Of a stretch of DNA of 64,000 nt, positions 10,090 through 19,721 are shown in pieces (position 1 is the stretch's first letter; each line of letters starts with the position of its first letter). The DNA is taken from the NCBI GenBank assembly GCA_003563895.1, contig PWTK01000105.1:15129-79128 (forward strand), given 5' to 3'. Source of the stretch: Syntrophomonadaceae bacterium. GTDB taxonomy: Bacteria > Bacillota > Dethiobacteria > DTU022 > UBA8154. Below the pieces are notes generated by a model. The model saw only the letters and a list, made by a program, of their open reading frames with translations. It searched no databases and had not been told where the DNA came from. A program made the position numbers and the translations under genes.

Positions 10090-10842
10090 TCATTTCTCGA
10101 TCATGTATTCTTTCCCTTCGACAGCCAGCTCTGCCCCGGGGAAGGACGCCCGGGCCTCCCCCAGGAGCCGCGCCTCGTCTTTAGCCGGGTGGAGGTGGGT
10201 TAATAGGAGCCTGCCCGCCCCTGCGCGCTTTGCGGCAAGAGCCGCTTGTTTTGCGCTCATATGGTTGCCGGCACCCCGCTTAATATCTTCCTCCAGATAA
10301 CTGGCCTCGCAGAGAAAAAGAGGGCTGTCGGCGGCCAGCTCTTCCAGCATACCGCAGTATTCCGTATCCCCCGAAAAAGCCAGCAGTTTGCGCCCCTCGA
10401 TCTCAACCGATATGCCAAAACAGCTGACCGAATGCTGTGCCCGGTGGAAAGCAAGTCGGAAAGGTCCAATTTGCGCAGGATCACGCGGCTGCATGCTCCG
10501 GGTTTGGTAAACCCCTTTATAGGGGAGCCTTTCAAATTCCATGGCGGGTTGAGAAGGGGCATAAAGAGGCAGCGGGTCTTTTCTGAGCCCCTGTTCCATG
10601 GAAAAGAGCAGGTTGTAACGGAGAATGAATATATCGGAAACGTGATCGCTGTGCAGGTGTGACAGCACCGCCGCCTGTAGTCGGCTGGGATCCAGGTGGT
10701 GCTGCAGCCTGCTCAGGATCCCATTTCCGCATTCCAGCAGTACATAATGCCCTTCATGTTCCAGAAGATAGCCGGAACAGCCCCCTCCCGCGGATGGATA
10801 TGGCCCGTACCTTCCCAGTACAATTAGTCTCAACATTTCCAC
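10090..10842 (-). CDS. MBL-fold metallo-hydrolase
   Basis: 250 aa with the HLHSDH (HxHxDH) metallo-beta-lactamase motif. Confidence 0.8.
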   Translation of the reverse strand: MEMLRLIVLGRYGPYPSAGGGCSGYLLEHEGHYVLLECGNGILSRLQHHLDPSRLQAAVLSHLHSDHVSDIFILRYNLLFSMEQGLRKDPLPLYAPSQPAMEFERLPYKGVYQTRSMQPRDPAQIGPFRLAFHRAQHSVSCFGISVEIEGRKLLAFSGDTEYCGMLEELAADSPLFLCEASYLEEDIKRGAGNHMSAKQAALAAKRAGAGRLLLTHLHPAKDEARLLGEARASFPGAELAVEGKEYMIEK

Positions 10843-10857
10843 CTCACTGTCGGGATG

Positions 10858-11337
10858 TTACCTGAACAGGTATCCCCTGCGCCGGGTGATGGTCAAATCG
10901 CTCAACCACAAGACGGCAGCCAGCGCCAAAAACTTAAAAACCAATCCCTGAGAAGTGGACCAGCCGGTATATATGATCAAACCCCTTCCCACCGCATACC
11001 ACTCTGCAAATGACAGGATGAAACTGAACAGGAGCAGATAAAAGAATTTCCATACCTTGCTTTCGGGTAGATAGTGGAAGAGAAGTATGCCGATTGCGGC
11101 CATTGCAACCAGATACCCCAGGGGAATTCCCTCCACGGGATAAAACATCCCCTCAAAGCGGTACATTTCCCCGGCCGTAAAAGTCCAGTTGTAATAAAAG
11201 CCAATAAGAACGGCCCACAGCGCGGCGCTCCACAACCGCTTAATTCCCCTCAGCCTGACCAGTATCCCTGTTAGCAGCCATACTGCAGCGGCAAAGATCA
11301 TCCAGGGCAATAAAAACCCTCCCATCTCATTATTCAA
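10858..11337 (-). CDS. hypothetical polytopic membrane protein
   Basis: 159 aa with about five hydrophobic segments. No family recognised. Confidence 0.5.
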   Translation of the reverse strand: MNNEMGGFLLPWMIFAAAVWLLTGILVRLRGIKRLWSAALWAVLIGFYYNWTFTAGEMYRFEGMFYPVEGIPLGYLVAMAAIGILLFHYLPESKVWKFFYLLLFSFILSFAEWYAVGRGLIIYTGWSTSQGLVFKFLALAAVLWLSDLTITRRRGYLFR

Positions 11338-11355
11338 AGCGCTGTTCAGTACATC

Positions 11356-13017
11356 TCAAAGCCTCCCCGATCGCAGGATGGCCCACAGCCACCAAAAACC
11401 CATCATGGCGGCGATGATGAACCCGATCTCGGCGATAGGAAAGCGTATAAACAGGGGAGCTTCGACAAATTGCAAGATCAAACACAGGCCCACGATTAAA
11501 CTGGCCAGCACAATGCTAAAGGAAATGCGGTTGACCATATTGTTTAACCGGTGCAAGACGTGATTCAATTCGGATACTTCTACCCGAAACTTTAGTTTGC
11601 CGTCAGCGCTTTTCTCCAGGAAAGAGACCATGCGATCAGGAAAGATTTCCAGCAGCCGTGCGTAGCGTGAAACGTTTCGGGTCAGTTGAGAGGAAATCTT
11701 TTTGACAGAAATCTCGCTGCGCAAAAGGTCTTTTTTTAGCGGTTCCAGCAGTTCGGCGATGCTGAAATCGGGTTCCAGTTCTGAGATCAGCCCCTCCAGC
11801 GTGAGAAAAGTCTTTGCCAGCAGGGTAAACTCGGGGGGCAGGATCACCTTCTGCTTAAATGAGATCTCTATTAACTCGTGCAGCGCATGCCCAAAGTTCA
11901 CGTCTTTTAAAGGGATTTCAAAATATTTTTCCTGAAGCCGCTCCAGGTCCCAGCGCAGGTGGCGTTCATCCGTATCTTCGGTAATAACGCCCAGCTTCAT
12001 AATGGCGTGCAGGACCTGCTCAATATCCCTGGAAAAAAACCCTAATACCAGCCGGTTGAAGCTGCTCCGCTGGTCTTCGTTGATGGAGCCGGCTATTCCG
12101 AAGTCCAGTAAATATAAGGTGCCGTCATCGGTCACGCCAATATTGCCCGGATGGGGATCGCCGTGGAAAAAACCGCTCACAAATATCTGCTTCAGATAAG
12201 CCCGGGTAAGCTTTTCCACCAGCTCTCGAGTGGAATGCCCTTTTTCCCGCAGTTTCTCCGGTTCATTCAGCGTGATGCCGTCCACATGTTCCAGGGTAAG
12301 AACCTTCTGCGTGGTATAGCTCCAGTAAACGGCGGGTATATAAACATAATCTTCATCGGCCAGGCTTTTTTGCAGGCGCTCAGCATTCCTTCCCTCGTGG
12401 TGAAAGTTCAGCTCTTGAAAGATAATTAACTTGAATTCTTCCACGATATCCTTGAATCGGTACATTTTCCCGATGGTTGTATAGCGATCCACGATGGAAG
12501 CGATTTCTTCCAATATGGCGACATCCTGTTCTATGGTCTTGCGGATCCCCGGCCTCTGCACTTTGACAACCACTTTTTCGCCTTCTGTCAGCAGGGCTTC
12601 GTGAACCTGGCCGATGGAAGCGGCCGCCATAGGTGTTTCCGTGATGCTTTCAAAAAGAAACTCCGGGTCATAATGCAGCTCGTTTTTGATGGTTTTTTTT
12701 GCCTCCGCGAAGGAAAAGGGAGGCACCTGGTCCTGGAGGCGCCGCAGTTCTTTAACATAGGCGGGAGGCAGGACATCGGCACGGGTACTTAAGAGCTGTC
12801 CAAATTTAATGAAGGTTGGACCCAACTCTTCAAGGACCATTCTCAGCCGCACGGGCTTGGAGAGCTCCTCTGCCCCTTTCTTCTCCCTGCGCGGGGCCAG
12901 TCGAATGTGCTCAAAAAATTCTTCGATCCTAAAGTCGTGGATGATCTGCCCGAAACCGTGTCGGACCAGTGTGTTTATAATTTTCTGAAACCTCTTAAAA
13001 CGTTTCCTTCTCTCCAA
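11356..13017 (-). CDS. ABC1/UbiB-family atypical kinase
   Basis: 553 aa. ASIGQVHEA and HGDPHPGN motifs, plus C-terminal transmembrane helices. Confidence 0.85.
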   Translation of the reverse strand: MERRKRFKRFQKIINTLVRHGFGQIIHDFRIEEFFEHIRLAPRREKKGAEELSKPVRLRMVLEELGPTFIKFGQLLSTRADVLPPAYVKELRRLQDQVPPFSFAEAKKTIKNELHYDPEFLFESITETPMAAASIGQVHEALLTEGEKVVVKVQRPGIRKTIEQDVAILEEIASIVDRYTTIGKMYRFKDIVEEFKLIIFQELNFHHEGRNAERLQKSLADEDYVYIPAVYWSYTTQKVLTLEHVDGITLNEPEKLREKGHSTRELVEKLTRAYLKQIFVSGFFHGDPHPGNIGVTDDGTLYLLDFGIAGSINEDQRSSFNRLVLGFFSRDIEQVLHAIMKLGVITEDTDERHLRWDLERLQEKYFEIPLKDVNFGHALHELIEISFKQKVILPPEFTLLAKTFLTLEGLISELEPDFSIAELLEPLKKDLLRSEISVKKISSQLTRNVSRYARLLEIFPDRMVSFLEKSADGKLKFRVEVSELNHVLHRLNNMVNRISFSIVLASLIVGLCLILQFVEAPLFIRFPIAEIGFIIAAMMGFWWLWAILRSGRL

Positions 13018-13046
13018 GCTCCCATCACCGCCGCATAAAAATCAAT

Positions 13047-13199
13047 CAGACTATCGGGTTCGCTCAGGATGACAATGAAAGAAGCCCCGCAAAAAAGAGG
13101 TTTTAAAAGGTCACACTTACAAAAAGGCCTTGATCTGCTAAAAAGTTGTATTTTGGGGGCCACTCAACAAGAATTCCCTGAGTTAAGTTGATAATCATG
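13047..13199 (+). mobile_element. MITE-like repeat, copy A (153 bp)
   Basis: CAGACTATCGGGTTCGCTCAGGATGACAATG...GTTGATAATCATG. Flanked by a perfect 9-bp direct repeat AAAATCAAT (13038-13046 and 13200-13208). About 95 % identical to the five other copies. Confidence 0.85.
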
Positions 13200-13212
13200 A
13201 AAATCAATGCTT

Positions 13213-13255
13213 AAAACAAAACCTGTGTCCGTATACCTGACCGTACACAGGTTTT
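13213..13255 (-). terminator. Rho-independent terminator after the phasin-like gene (also usable on the plus strand)
   Basis: AAACCTGTGT-loop-ACACAGGTTTT with U-tracts on both sides. Confidence 0.55.
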
Positions 13256-13264
13256 CATTTGTGC

Positions 13265-13588
13265 CTACTGCTCGCTTTCCTCTTTGCTTTTTTCTTCTTG
13301 AGGCTGCTGGATTTTTTGTTCGAGGATTTCTACCCGCTGCTGTAAATCGTTAAATTCGCTGCGGGTGACCAGTTTTTCACGCTGCAGCGCTTCGTTAATT
13401 TTTTGGCTCAGGTGTTCTTTGAAAAAGGCTTTTTCCCTTTCGCCTCTTTCGGACAGGGTTTTTAGGAGTTTATTCACTTCATCCCTCCTAAGCTCTCCCC
13501 TTCGGTAAAGGTGTTCCAGGGTTTTTTCCGCCGTTTCCCGGGTTAGAGAAGCGGCCCCCCATCCGAGGGAAACCAGTTGGTCAAACAT
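13265..13588 (-). CDS. phasin-like / polyhydroxyalkanoate-regulator-like coiled-coil protein
   Basis: 107 aa, charged alpha-helical sequence (COG3937-like). Confidence 0.5.
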   Translation of the reverse strand: MFDQLVSLGWGAASLTRETAEKTLEHLYRRGELRRDEVNKLLKTLSERGEREKAFFKEHLSQKINEALQREKLVTRSEFNDLQQRVEILEQKIQQPQEEKSKEESEQ

Positions 13589-13656
13589 AAAATCACCTCG
13601 CCATTTGTATGAGTATCTTTTGGCCCTGCTGACATGCCTCCCCGTCTTTTACGCTT

Positions 13657-14157
13657 TCAATCAAACTTAAAATCCCCGTGTTTTTGAAAATGCTTTATCA
13701 GCCCGCCGTCAGCAAGAATGCGGATCATAGAGGGAGGCAGGGGTTTAACCGGTATTTCAAGACCGCGCCCCCGGTTGAAAACGAGCCCTTCGGCCAGATC
13801 CACTTCCAGTTCATCTCCCTCTTCAATCTGAGAAGTGTCGCATTCTACCACAGGAAGCCCCGTGTTGATGGCGTTGCGGTAAAAAATGCGCGCGAAGGAA
13901 GTAGCGATCACACAGCTGATGCCGGCATGTTTTATGGCCAGCGGTGCCTGTTCCCTGGAAGAACCGCATCCAAAGTTGGTGCCGGCCACAATCATATCCC
14001 CTTCACTGATTTTATTGTAAAAATCGGGGTCGAGATCTTCCATCACGTGGCGGGCCAGTTCATTCATGTCCAGGGTTTTAAACTTGTATTTGCCGGAAAT
14101 GATATAATCGGTGTTTACATCATTGCCAAACTTAAAGCTTTTTCCGCTTAGCAGCAT
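13657..14157 (-). CDS. leuD: 3-isopropylmalate/(homo)aconitate dehydratase small subunit, short archaeal-type
   Basis: 166 aa, LeuD/HACN small-subunit fold (GCGSSREQAP). Confidence 0.85.
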   Translation of the reverse strand: MLLSGKSFKFGNDVNTDYIISGKYKFKTLDMNELARHVMEDLDPDFYNKISEGDMIVAGTNFGCGSSREQAPLAIKHAGISCVIATSFARIFYRNAINTGLPVVECDTSQIEEGDELEVDLAEGLVFNRGRGLEIPVKPLPPSMIRILADGGLIKHFQKHGDFKFD

Positions 14158-14171
14158 CGGAACGGCCTCCT

Positions 14172-15431
14172 CTATTTTTGCAAATAAGAACGGGGATCGG
14201 TTATTTTGCCGGTTAAGGCTGAAGCAGCCACGGTTGCCGGTGAGGCCAGGTAGATGAACGCCCTGGAGTTGCCCATCCTGCCTTTGAAATTACGGTTTGC
14301 CGTGGAGATCACATGCTCTCCGTCGGAGGGAACACCATTATGGGTGCCCACACAGGGGCCGCAGCCCGGCGTGACAAAGGCGGCGCCTGCCTCCACCAGC
14401 GTTTGAAGACTCCCGTCTTTCATCGCTTCCAGGTAAACCTCCCTGGATGCGGGCGCCACGATGAGGCGGACGCTGGGGGATACCTTCTGCCCCTTTAAAA
14501 TATTGGCCGCCGTGCGGAGGTCGGAGATTCTACCGTTGGTGCAGGTGCCGATAAATGCTTGCTGGATTTCCTGACCTTCCACATCTTTGACCGGGGAAAC
14601 GTTGTCAACCGTGTGCGGCAGGGCTACCCGGGGCTCCAGCCGGCTCACATCATACTGCCTCACTTCCTCGTAACCGGCGTCCGGATCGGGAAATACAGGG
14701 TTGGCAGGCCTTGTGGAATGGCTTTTTACCCACTTTTCCACTTTTTCGTCGTATTCCATCAAACCGGCCTTGGCGCCCATTTCAATCGCCATGTTGCTGA
14801 TGGTGAAGCGTTCTTCCACCTCCAGCGCTTTCACCGCATCTCCGCTGAATTCCGCGGAGAGGTAGGTCGCACCGTCGGCGGTCATCTCCCCGATCAAAAA
14901 CAGGATCAGATCCTTGGAAAATACCCCTTCGGGAAGCACACCGCTGCAGATGAATTTGATCGAGTCCGGCACTTTAAACCAGAGCTTTCCGGAAATCATG
15001 GCTGCGGCCAGATCCGTGGAACCGACTCCCGTAGAAAAAGCGTTAATGGCCCCATACGTACACGTGTGGGAATCTGCACCGACCACCAGGTCACCCGGCA
15101 CGACATGTCCCTGCTCTGGAACCAGCTGGTGGCACACACCACAGCCGATATCGTAGAGCAGGATCTTCTTTTCGGATGCGAATTCCCGCATCAATCGATG
15201 CAGGGAAGAAACCCCTTCGTTGGGGCTGGGAGCGCTGTGGTCGATCACAAAAGCCACTCGGGAGGGGTCAAAAACCCCTCTCCCCCCCATTTCGTGAAAG
15301 GAATTAATTGCCAGGGGCGCAGTTCCGTCCTGTCCCATCACAAAGTCCAGTTGAGCGACTACCAGGTCCCCCGCATGCACGTCTTCCCCCGCATGGAGGC
15401 TAAAAATCTTTTCGGCTATCGTTTTTCCCAT
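14172..15431 (-). CDS. leuC: 3-isopropylmalate/(homo)aconitate dehydratase large subunit, short type
   Basis: 419 aa, aconitase family with Fe-S ligands in CTNGR and GCGPCVG. Confidence 0.85.
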   Translation of the reverse strand: MGKTIAEKIFSLHAGEDVHAGDLVVAQLDFVMGQDGTAPLAINSFHEMGGRGVFDPSRVAFVIDHSAPSPNEGVSSLHRLMREFASEKKILLYDIGCGVCHQLVPEQGHVVPGDLVVGADSHTCTYGAINAFSTGVGSTDLAAAMISGKLWFKVPDSIKFICSGVLPEGVFSKDLILFLIGEMTADGATYLSAEFSGDAVKALEVEERFTISNMAIEMGAKAGLMEYDEKVEKWVKSHSTRPANPVFPDPDAGYEEVRQYDVSRLEPRVALPHTVDNVSPVKDVEGQEIQQAFIGTCTNGRISDLRTAANILKGQKVSPSVRLIVAPASREVYLEAMKDGSLQTLVEAGAAFVTPGCGPCVGTHNGVPSDGEHVISTANRNFKGRMGNSRAFIYLASPATVAASALTGKITDPRSYLQK

Positions 15432-15509
15432 GGCTGATTATTCCCCTTTCCCTTTTCGGCAAGTCCGCAAATTTGTGCTTTTAAGCCTCCTGCTTTTTAA
15501 TCCCCGCCC

Positions 15510-16700
15510 TTACTGTTCCGTGCTCACTGTGCTGTAATCGATACCTTTTTCGTACTTTTTATGCATGTAGTCTTCGTAGATGTAGATGAGCTCCTTGTCG
15601 AAAAGGGGCCGCTTCATTTCCACCGTGGTGCGGCGGACCATGGGCAGCATCTCCGTGGCTTCATCACTGGAAAGGCTGATGCCGAATTCCTTGAACTTTA
15701 AGATGAGCGCCTTGGAACCGGAATGTTTGCCGATGACTATTTGCCTTTCCAGGCCTACATCTTCCGGGCTGAAAACCTCGTAGGTGCCGGGATACTGAAT
15801 CACTCCGGCGGCATGGATTCCTGACTCGTGGCGGAACATATTGTCTCCCACGATGGGCTTGCCGGGAGGCAGGATCCGTCCGGATGCGCGGGCTACATAC
15901 TCGGAAATTTCACGGAACAACTTGGTATCGATATCCTGGTCTTTGTTAAAAAGGAATTTCAGCGCCATGGCCACTTCTTCCAGGGCCGCATTACCGGCCC
16001 TTTCGCCCAGCCCGTTAATGGTACATCCGACGTAGCGCGCTCCCGCCTTTATGCCGGCCAGGGAGTTGGCCGTGGCCATCCCGAAATCGTTGTGGGTATG
16101 CATTTCAACATCCACACCGGTATCTTCGATCAGGCCGGAAATGATTTCGAAGGTCATGAACGGTTCCAGCACGCCAACGGTGTCACAGTAACGCAGCCTG
16201 TCCGCACCGGCTTCCTTGGCGGCGCGGGCAAACTTGACCAGGAAATCGTAATCCGTTCTCGAGGCGTCTTCGGCATTGACAGAAATATAAACCCCGTGTT
16301 TTTTGGCATATTCCGTGGCCTTGACCATTTTTTCCAATACTTCCTCCCGGGAGCTCTGCAGCTTATACTGGATGTGTATGTCGGAAGTGGAAATGGAAAT
16401 GGCTACCGCATCGACGCCGCAGTCCAACGAGTGGTTGATATCCTCAATATTGGCCCGGTTCCAGGCCATCAGGCTGATGCTCAGGCCCTGCGCAGCAATT
16501 TTTTTCAGCACGGCTTTTTCATTGCCGCCCATGACCGGAATCCCCACCTCTGCCTGATGGATGCCAATTTCATCCAGCATGCGGGCAATACGGATTTTTT
16601 CCTGGTTGGAAAAGACAACCCCCGCAGTCTGTTCGCCGTCCCTCAGGGTGGTGTCCACCAAAATTATATCTCCTCTTTCCAGAGCTGTGGTCATTCTGTC
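15510..16700 (-). CDS. 2-isopropylmalate / citramalate / homocitrate synthase-family protein, short form
   Basis: LRDGEQ and HTHNDFGMATANS motifs of the DRE-TIM metallolyase family. It lacks the C-terminal LeuA regulatory domain. The start was moved to the ATG giving MDRMTTALERGDIILVDTTLRDGEQ. Confidence 0.8.
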   Translation of the reverse strand, partial: DRMTTALERGDIILVDTTLRDGEQTAGVVFSNQEKIRIARMLDEIGIHQAEVGIPVMGGNEKAVLKKIAAQGLSISLMAWNRANIEDINHSLDCGVDAVAISISTSDIHIQYKLQSSREEVLEKMVKATEYAKKHGVYISVNAEDASRTDYDFLVKFARAAKEAGADRLRYCDTVGVLEPFMTFEIISGLIEDTGVDVEMHTHNDFGMATANSLAGIKAGARYVGCTINGLGERAGNAALEEVAMALKFLFNKDQDIDTKLFREISEYVARASGRILPPGKPIVGDNMFRHESGIHAAGVIQYPGTYEVFSPEDVGLERQIVIGKHSGSKALILKFKEFGISLSSDEATEMLPMVRRTTVEMKRPLFDKELIYIYEDYMHKKYEKGIDYSTVSTEQ

Positions 16701-16918
16701 CATGGCAATCCCCTGTAAAAGGGGCACCTCCCTTCCAAAACCATCGAAAATGTTGTTATCGACCAATACGGATGAGCACTAATGGGTAGAAGATGACACA
16801 ACCGCCTCCCCGAGCCAGGGCCCTCGGTTGATTCAAGCCCCTGCCAGGAAACCGTTCCAGGGTTAAACGTGCCTTTCATAAAGCCTCAACAGGGACGGCT
16901 TTCTTTTGTGAGGCCGCC

Positions 16919-18169
16919 TCACCTCACCTGCCCCTCCCCAAACACGACAAATTTCTTGCTGGTAAGCGCTTGCAGCCCCATGGGGCCCCTGGCGTGAAGT
17001 TTTTGGGTGCTGATGCCCATTTCGGCCCCCAAGCCGAACTCGAACCCGTCGGTAAAACGGGTCGAAGCGTTTACATAAACCGCCGCGGCATCAACTTTTG
17101 ACAAAAAGGCCAGCGCCCTCGAGTAATCAGTCGTAATAATTGCCTCAGAATGACCCGTGCCGTAGGCATTGATGTGGCCCACCGCTTCTTCAAACGAGTC
17201 CACTACCTTAACAGCAAGGATCATATCCAGGTACTCCGTCCCCCAGTCCTCTTCCACAGCCTCTTTTATTCCCGGGTAATGCTGGCGCGTGCGCTCGCAG
17301 CCGCGTACCTCCACCCCTTTACCCGTCAGAACTTCCAGCGAAGCAGGGAGAAAGGCCGGTGCGATTTCCCGGTGTACCAGCAGCGTTTCCATGGCATTGC
17401 ACACCCCGGGGCGCTGTGTCTTTGCGTTGTCGGCAATTTTCACCGCCATTTCAATGTCGGCCCCTGCGTCGATATAAGTGTGGCAGTTGCCTTCACCGGT
17501 TTCCAGCACGGGAACGGTGGCATTTTCCACGACCGTTTTAATCAGGGAAGCCCCGCCGCGGGGAATGAGAACGTCTACAAATTCGTTCATCCGCATCAAT
17601 TCCAGCGCGGCATCCCGGCCGGTGTCCTCCACCAGTGTCACCGCATCTTCGGGAAGCCCGCTTTCTCTCAGCCCCCTGCGCAGGATTTTTGCCAGGCAGC
17701 GGTTGGAATTGATGGCCTCGGAGCTGCCGCGTAAAACCACCGCGTTTCCTGATTTCAACGTCAACCCTGCCGCGTCTACCGTAACGTTGGGGCGTGCTTC
17801 GTAGATAATCCCGATCACGCCCAGCGGTACCTGAACCAGCCCGACCTGCAGGCCGTTTGGCCTTTTCCACATGGAAAGCATCTCCCCCACCGGGTCAGGC
17901 AGCGCAGCGATTTCTCTCAACCCCCCGGCCATGTCGGCGATCCTTTCCGGGGTTAGCTGCAGGCGGTCATAAAAAGCTTTGGAATAATCTTTTTTCTGGA
18001 CCAGGCGGTCCAGGTCCACCTTATTGTTTTGGATAATGTCTTCCTCATTTTCAATCAAGAGGCGGGCAACGGCCACCAGGGCCTCATTTTTTAAGGAAGT
18101 GGGGGCTTCAGCCACCTGCGAGCTGGCGTCCTTTGCCTTCCTGGTTAATTCGGCGATTGTCTCCGGCAT
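16919..18169 (-). CDS. proA: gamma-glutamyl phosphate reductase
   Basis: 416 aa, aldehyde dehydrogenase fold, adjacent to proB. Confidence 0.9.
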   Translation of the reverse strand: MPETIAELTRKAKDASSQVAEAPTSLKNEALVAVARLLIENEEDIIQNNKVDLDRLVQKKDYSKAFYDRLQLTPERIADMAGGLREIAALPDPVGEMLSMWKRPNGLQVGLVQVPLGVIGIIYEARPNVTVDAAGLTLKSGNAVVLRGSSEAINSNRCLAKILRRGLRESGLPEDAVTLVEDTGRDAALELMRMNEFVDVLIPRGGASLIKTVVENATVPVLETGEGNCHTYIDAGADIEMAVKIADNAKTQRPGVCNAMETLLVHREIAPAFLPASLEVLTGKGVEVRGCERTRQHYPGIKEAVEEDWGTEYLDMILAVKVVDSFEEAVGHINAYGTGHSEAIITTDYSRALAFLSKVDAAAVYVNASTRFTDGFEFGLGAEMGISTQKLHARGPMGLQALTSKKFVVFGEGQVR

Positions 18170-18196
18170 ATCAAGCGCTCCTTTCCAGGGTGGAAG

Positions 18197-19321
18197 TTAA
18201 CAGAGTACCAGGTTGTCCCGGTGAACGACCTCTTGGTGATTGCTGTAGCCGAGCAGTTTTCTTATCTCGGAAGATTTACAGCCTTTAATTTGGGAGAGCT
18301 CTTTGGCACTGTAATTGGTTAACCCGCGAGCTATCTCCATGCCTTTGGCATCGCGAATGCTCACCGTTTCACCCCGGGAAAAACTTCCCTTAATATCTAT
18401 GATGCCAATCGGCAGGAGGCTTTTTCCTTCCTGGGTCAGGGCTCGCGCGGCGCCGCTGTCAATTTCAATGGTACCCTTGATCTTCTGTCCAAAGGCGATC
18501 CAGCTCTTGCGGCTGCGCAGGGGGCCCTGACGGGAGCAAAAATAGGTGCCCGTGGGCTCGCCGTCAAGGATTTTTCTGATGATCCCGGGCTGATTGCCAT
18601 TGGCGATAACCATATCCACGCCGGAAGCCATGGCAATTTCTGCAGCTTCAATCTTGGTTGTCATGCCCCCCTTGGCCAGCATTTCCTCGGTTTTACCGGC
18701 AACTTTTCTAATTTCTGGAGTGATCTCGTCCACAAAACCAATACACCTTGCCTCGGGGTCTGTTTTCGGGTTGGCCGTGTAGAGACCGTCAATGTCCGTC
18801 AATACGAGAAGCAGGTCGGCATCGATCAGCGCGGCCACCAGTGCGGACAGCCGGTCGTTGTCGCCAAACTCGATCTCTTCAGTTGAAATTGTGTCGTTTT
18901 CATTCACCACGGGGATTGCATTGAACTTTAACAGGTGCAGCAGCGTATTCCGGGAATTGATGTAGCGGGTCCGATTGTTCATATCTTCCCTGGTCAGGAG
19001 AATTTGAGCAACGGTGTGTCCGTATTCGGCAAACATTTTTTCATAAAACTGGATCAGCAAGCCCTGCCCCACAGCCGCGATAGCCTGCCTTTCCTGGACC
19101 GAAACGGGTTTTCTCTTCAAACCCAGGCGTCCCATGCCGGCTCCCATGGAACCGGAGGAGACCAACACCACGTCTCTGCCCTGGTTTTTCAGGTCAGAGA
19201 TTTCGCGGACCAGCCTTTCCATAATACCGAGGTTTAGCTTGCCCGTCTCATATGTTAAAAGGCGGGTACCCACTTTGATAACAATTTTTTTCACAGTCTG
19301 CAGAGCATCCTCTCTTTTCAC
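18197..19321 (-). CDS. proB: glutamate 5-kinase
   Basis: 374 aa, amino-acid kinase fold plus a C-terminal PUA domain. Confidence 0.9.
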   Translation of the reverse strand: MKREDALQTVKKIVIKVGTRLLTYETGKLNLGIMERLVREISDLKNQGRDVVLVSSGSMGAGMGRLGLKRKPVSVQERQAIAAVGQGLLIQFYEKMFAEYGHTVAQILLTREDMNNRTRYINSRNTLLHLLKFNAIPVVNENDTISTEEIEFGDNDRLSALVAALIDADLLLVLTDIDGLYTANPKTDPEARCIGFVDEITPEIRKVAGKTEEMLAKGGMTTKIEAAEIAMASGVDMVIANGNQPGIIRKILDGEPTGTYFCSRQGPLRSRKSWIAFGQKIKGTIEIDSGAARALTQEGKSLLPIGIIDIKGSFSRGETVSIRDAKGMEIARGLTNYSAKELSQIKGCKSSEIRKLLGYSNHQEVVHRDNLVLC

Positions 19322-19384
19322 CGCATCCTACCCTCCACTATTTTTAAAAAAGCCCGCAAAAACCAGGTCTCTTTATTCTAGAAT

Positions 19385-19535
19385 ATGATTATCAACTTAA
19401 CTCAGGGAATTCTTGTTGGGCGGCCCCCAAAATACAGCTTTTTAGCAGATCAAGGCCTTTTTGTAAGCGTGACCTTTTAAAACCTCTTTTTTGCAGGGCT
19501 TCTTTCATTGTCATCCTGAGCAAACCCGATAGTCT
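19385..19535 (-). mobile_element. MITE-like repeat, copy B (151 bp, inverted)
   Basis: Reverse complement of copy A. Flanked by a perfect 10-bp direct repeat ATTCTAGAAT (19375-19384 and 19536-19545). It lies between proB and proC. Confidence 0.85.
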
Positions 19536-19721
19536 GATTCTAGAATGGTAAAGTGCCGGGCCTATAGTCATTTCATGTTTGAAGAACCCCAACCCGTCCA
19601 TAGCCAGTGCCATAAAATAAGGATCTCAAAATAACCCCTTCGAAACATGGTAAACATCGGTGCTCACACGACCGCTTTAAAAAGTTTTGCCAAATTTGCA
19701 TAGAGCTTGAGACTAAAGGGT

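Noticed and set aside
16701-16918. Possible T-box or leucine-attenuator leader upstream of the IPMS-family gene
   Set aside because: No T-box consensus (AGGGTGGNACCGCG) or specifier/antiterminator arrangement was found. There are only generic hairpins.
19392-19613. ORFs running through the MITE copies (19392..19613-, 12975..13163-, 42570..42896-, and the C-terminus of 25924..26502-). They encode ...KRGFKRSRLQKGLDLLKSC... or ...QIQLFSRSRPFCKCDLLKPLFCGASF...
   Set aside because: They have no RBS and differ in start and stop between copies. Their frames are opened only by the repeat itself. I treat them as spurious ORFs created by a non-coding mobile element.
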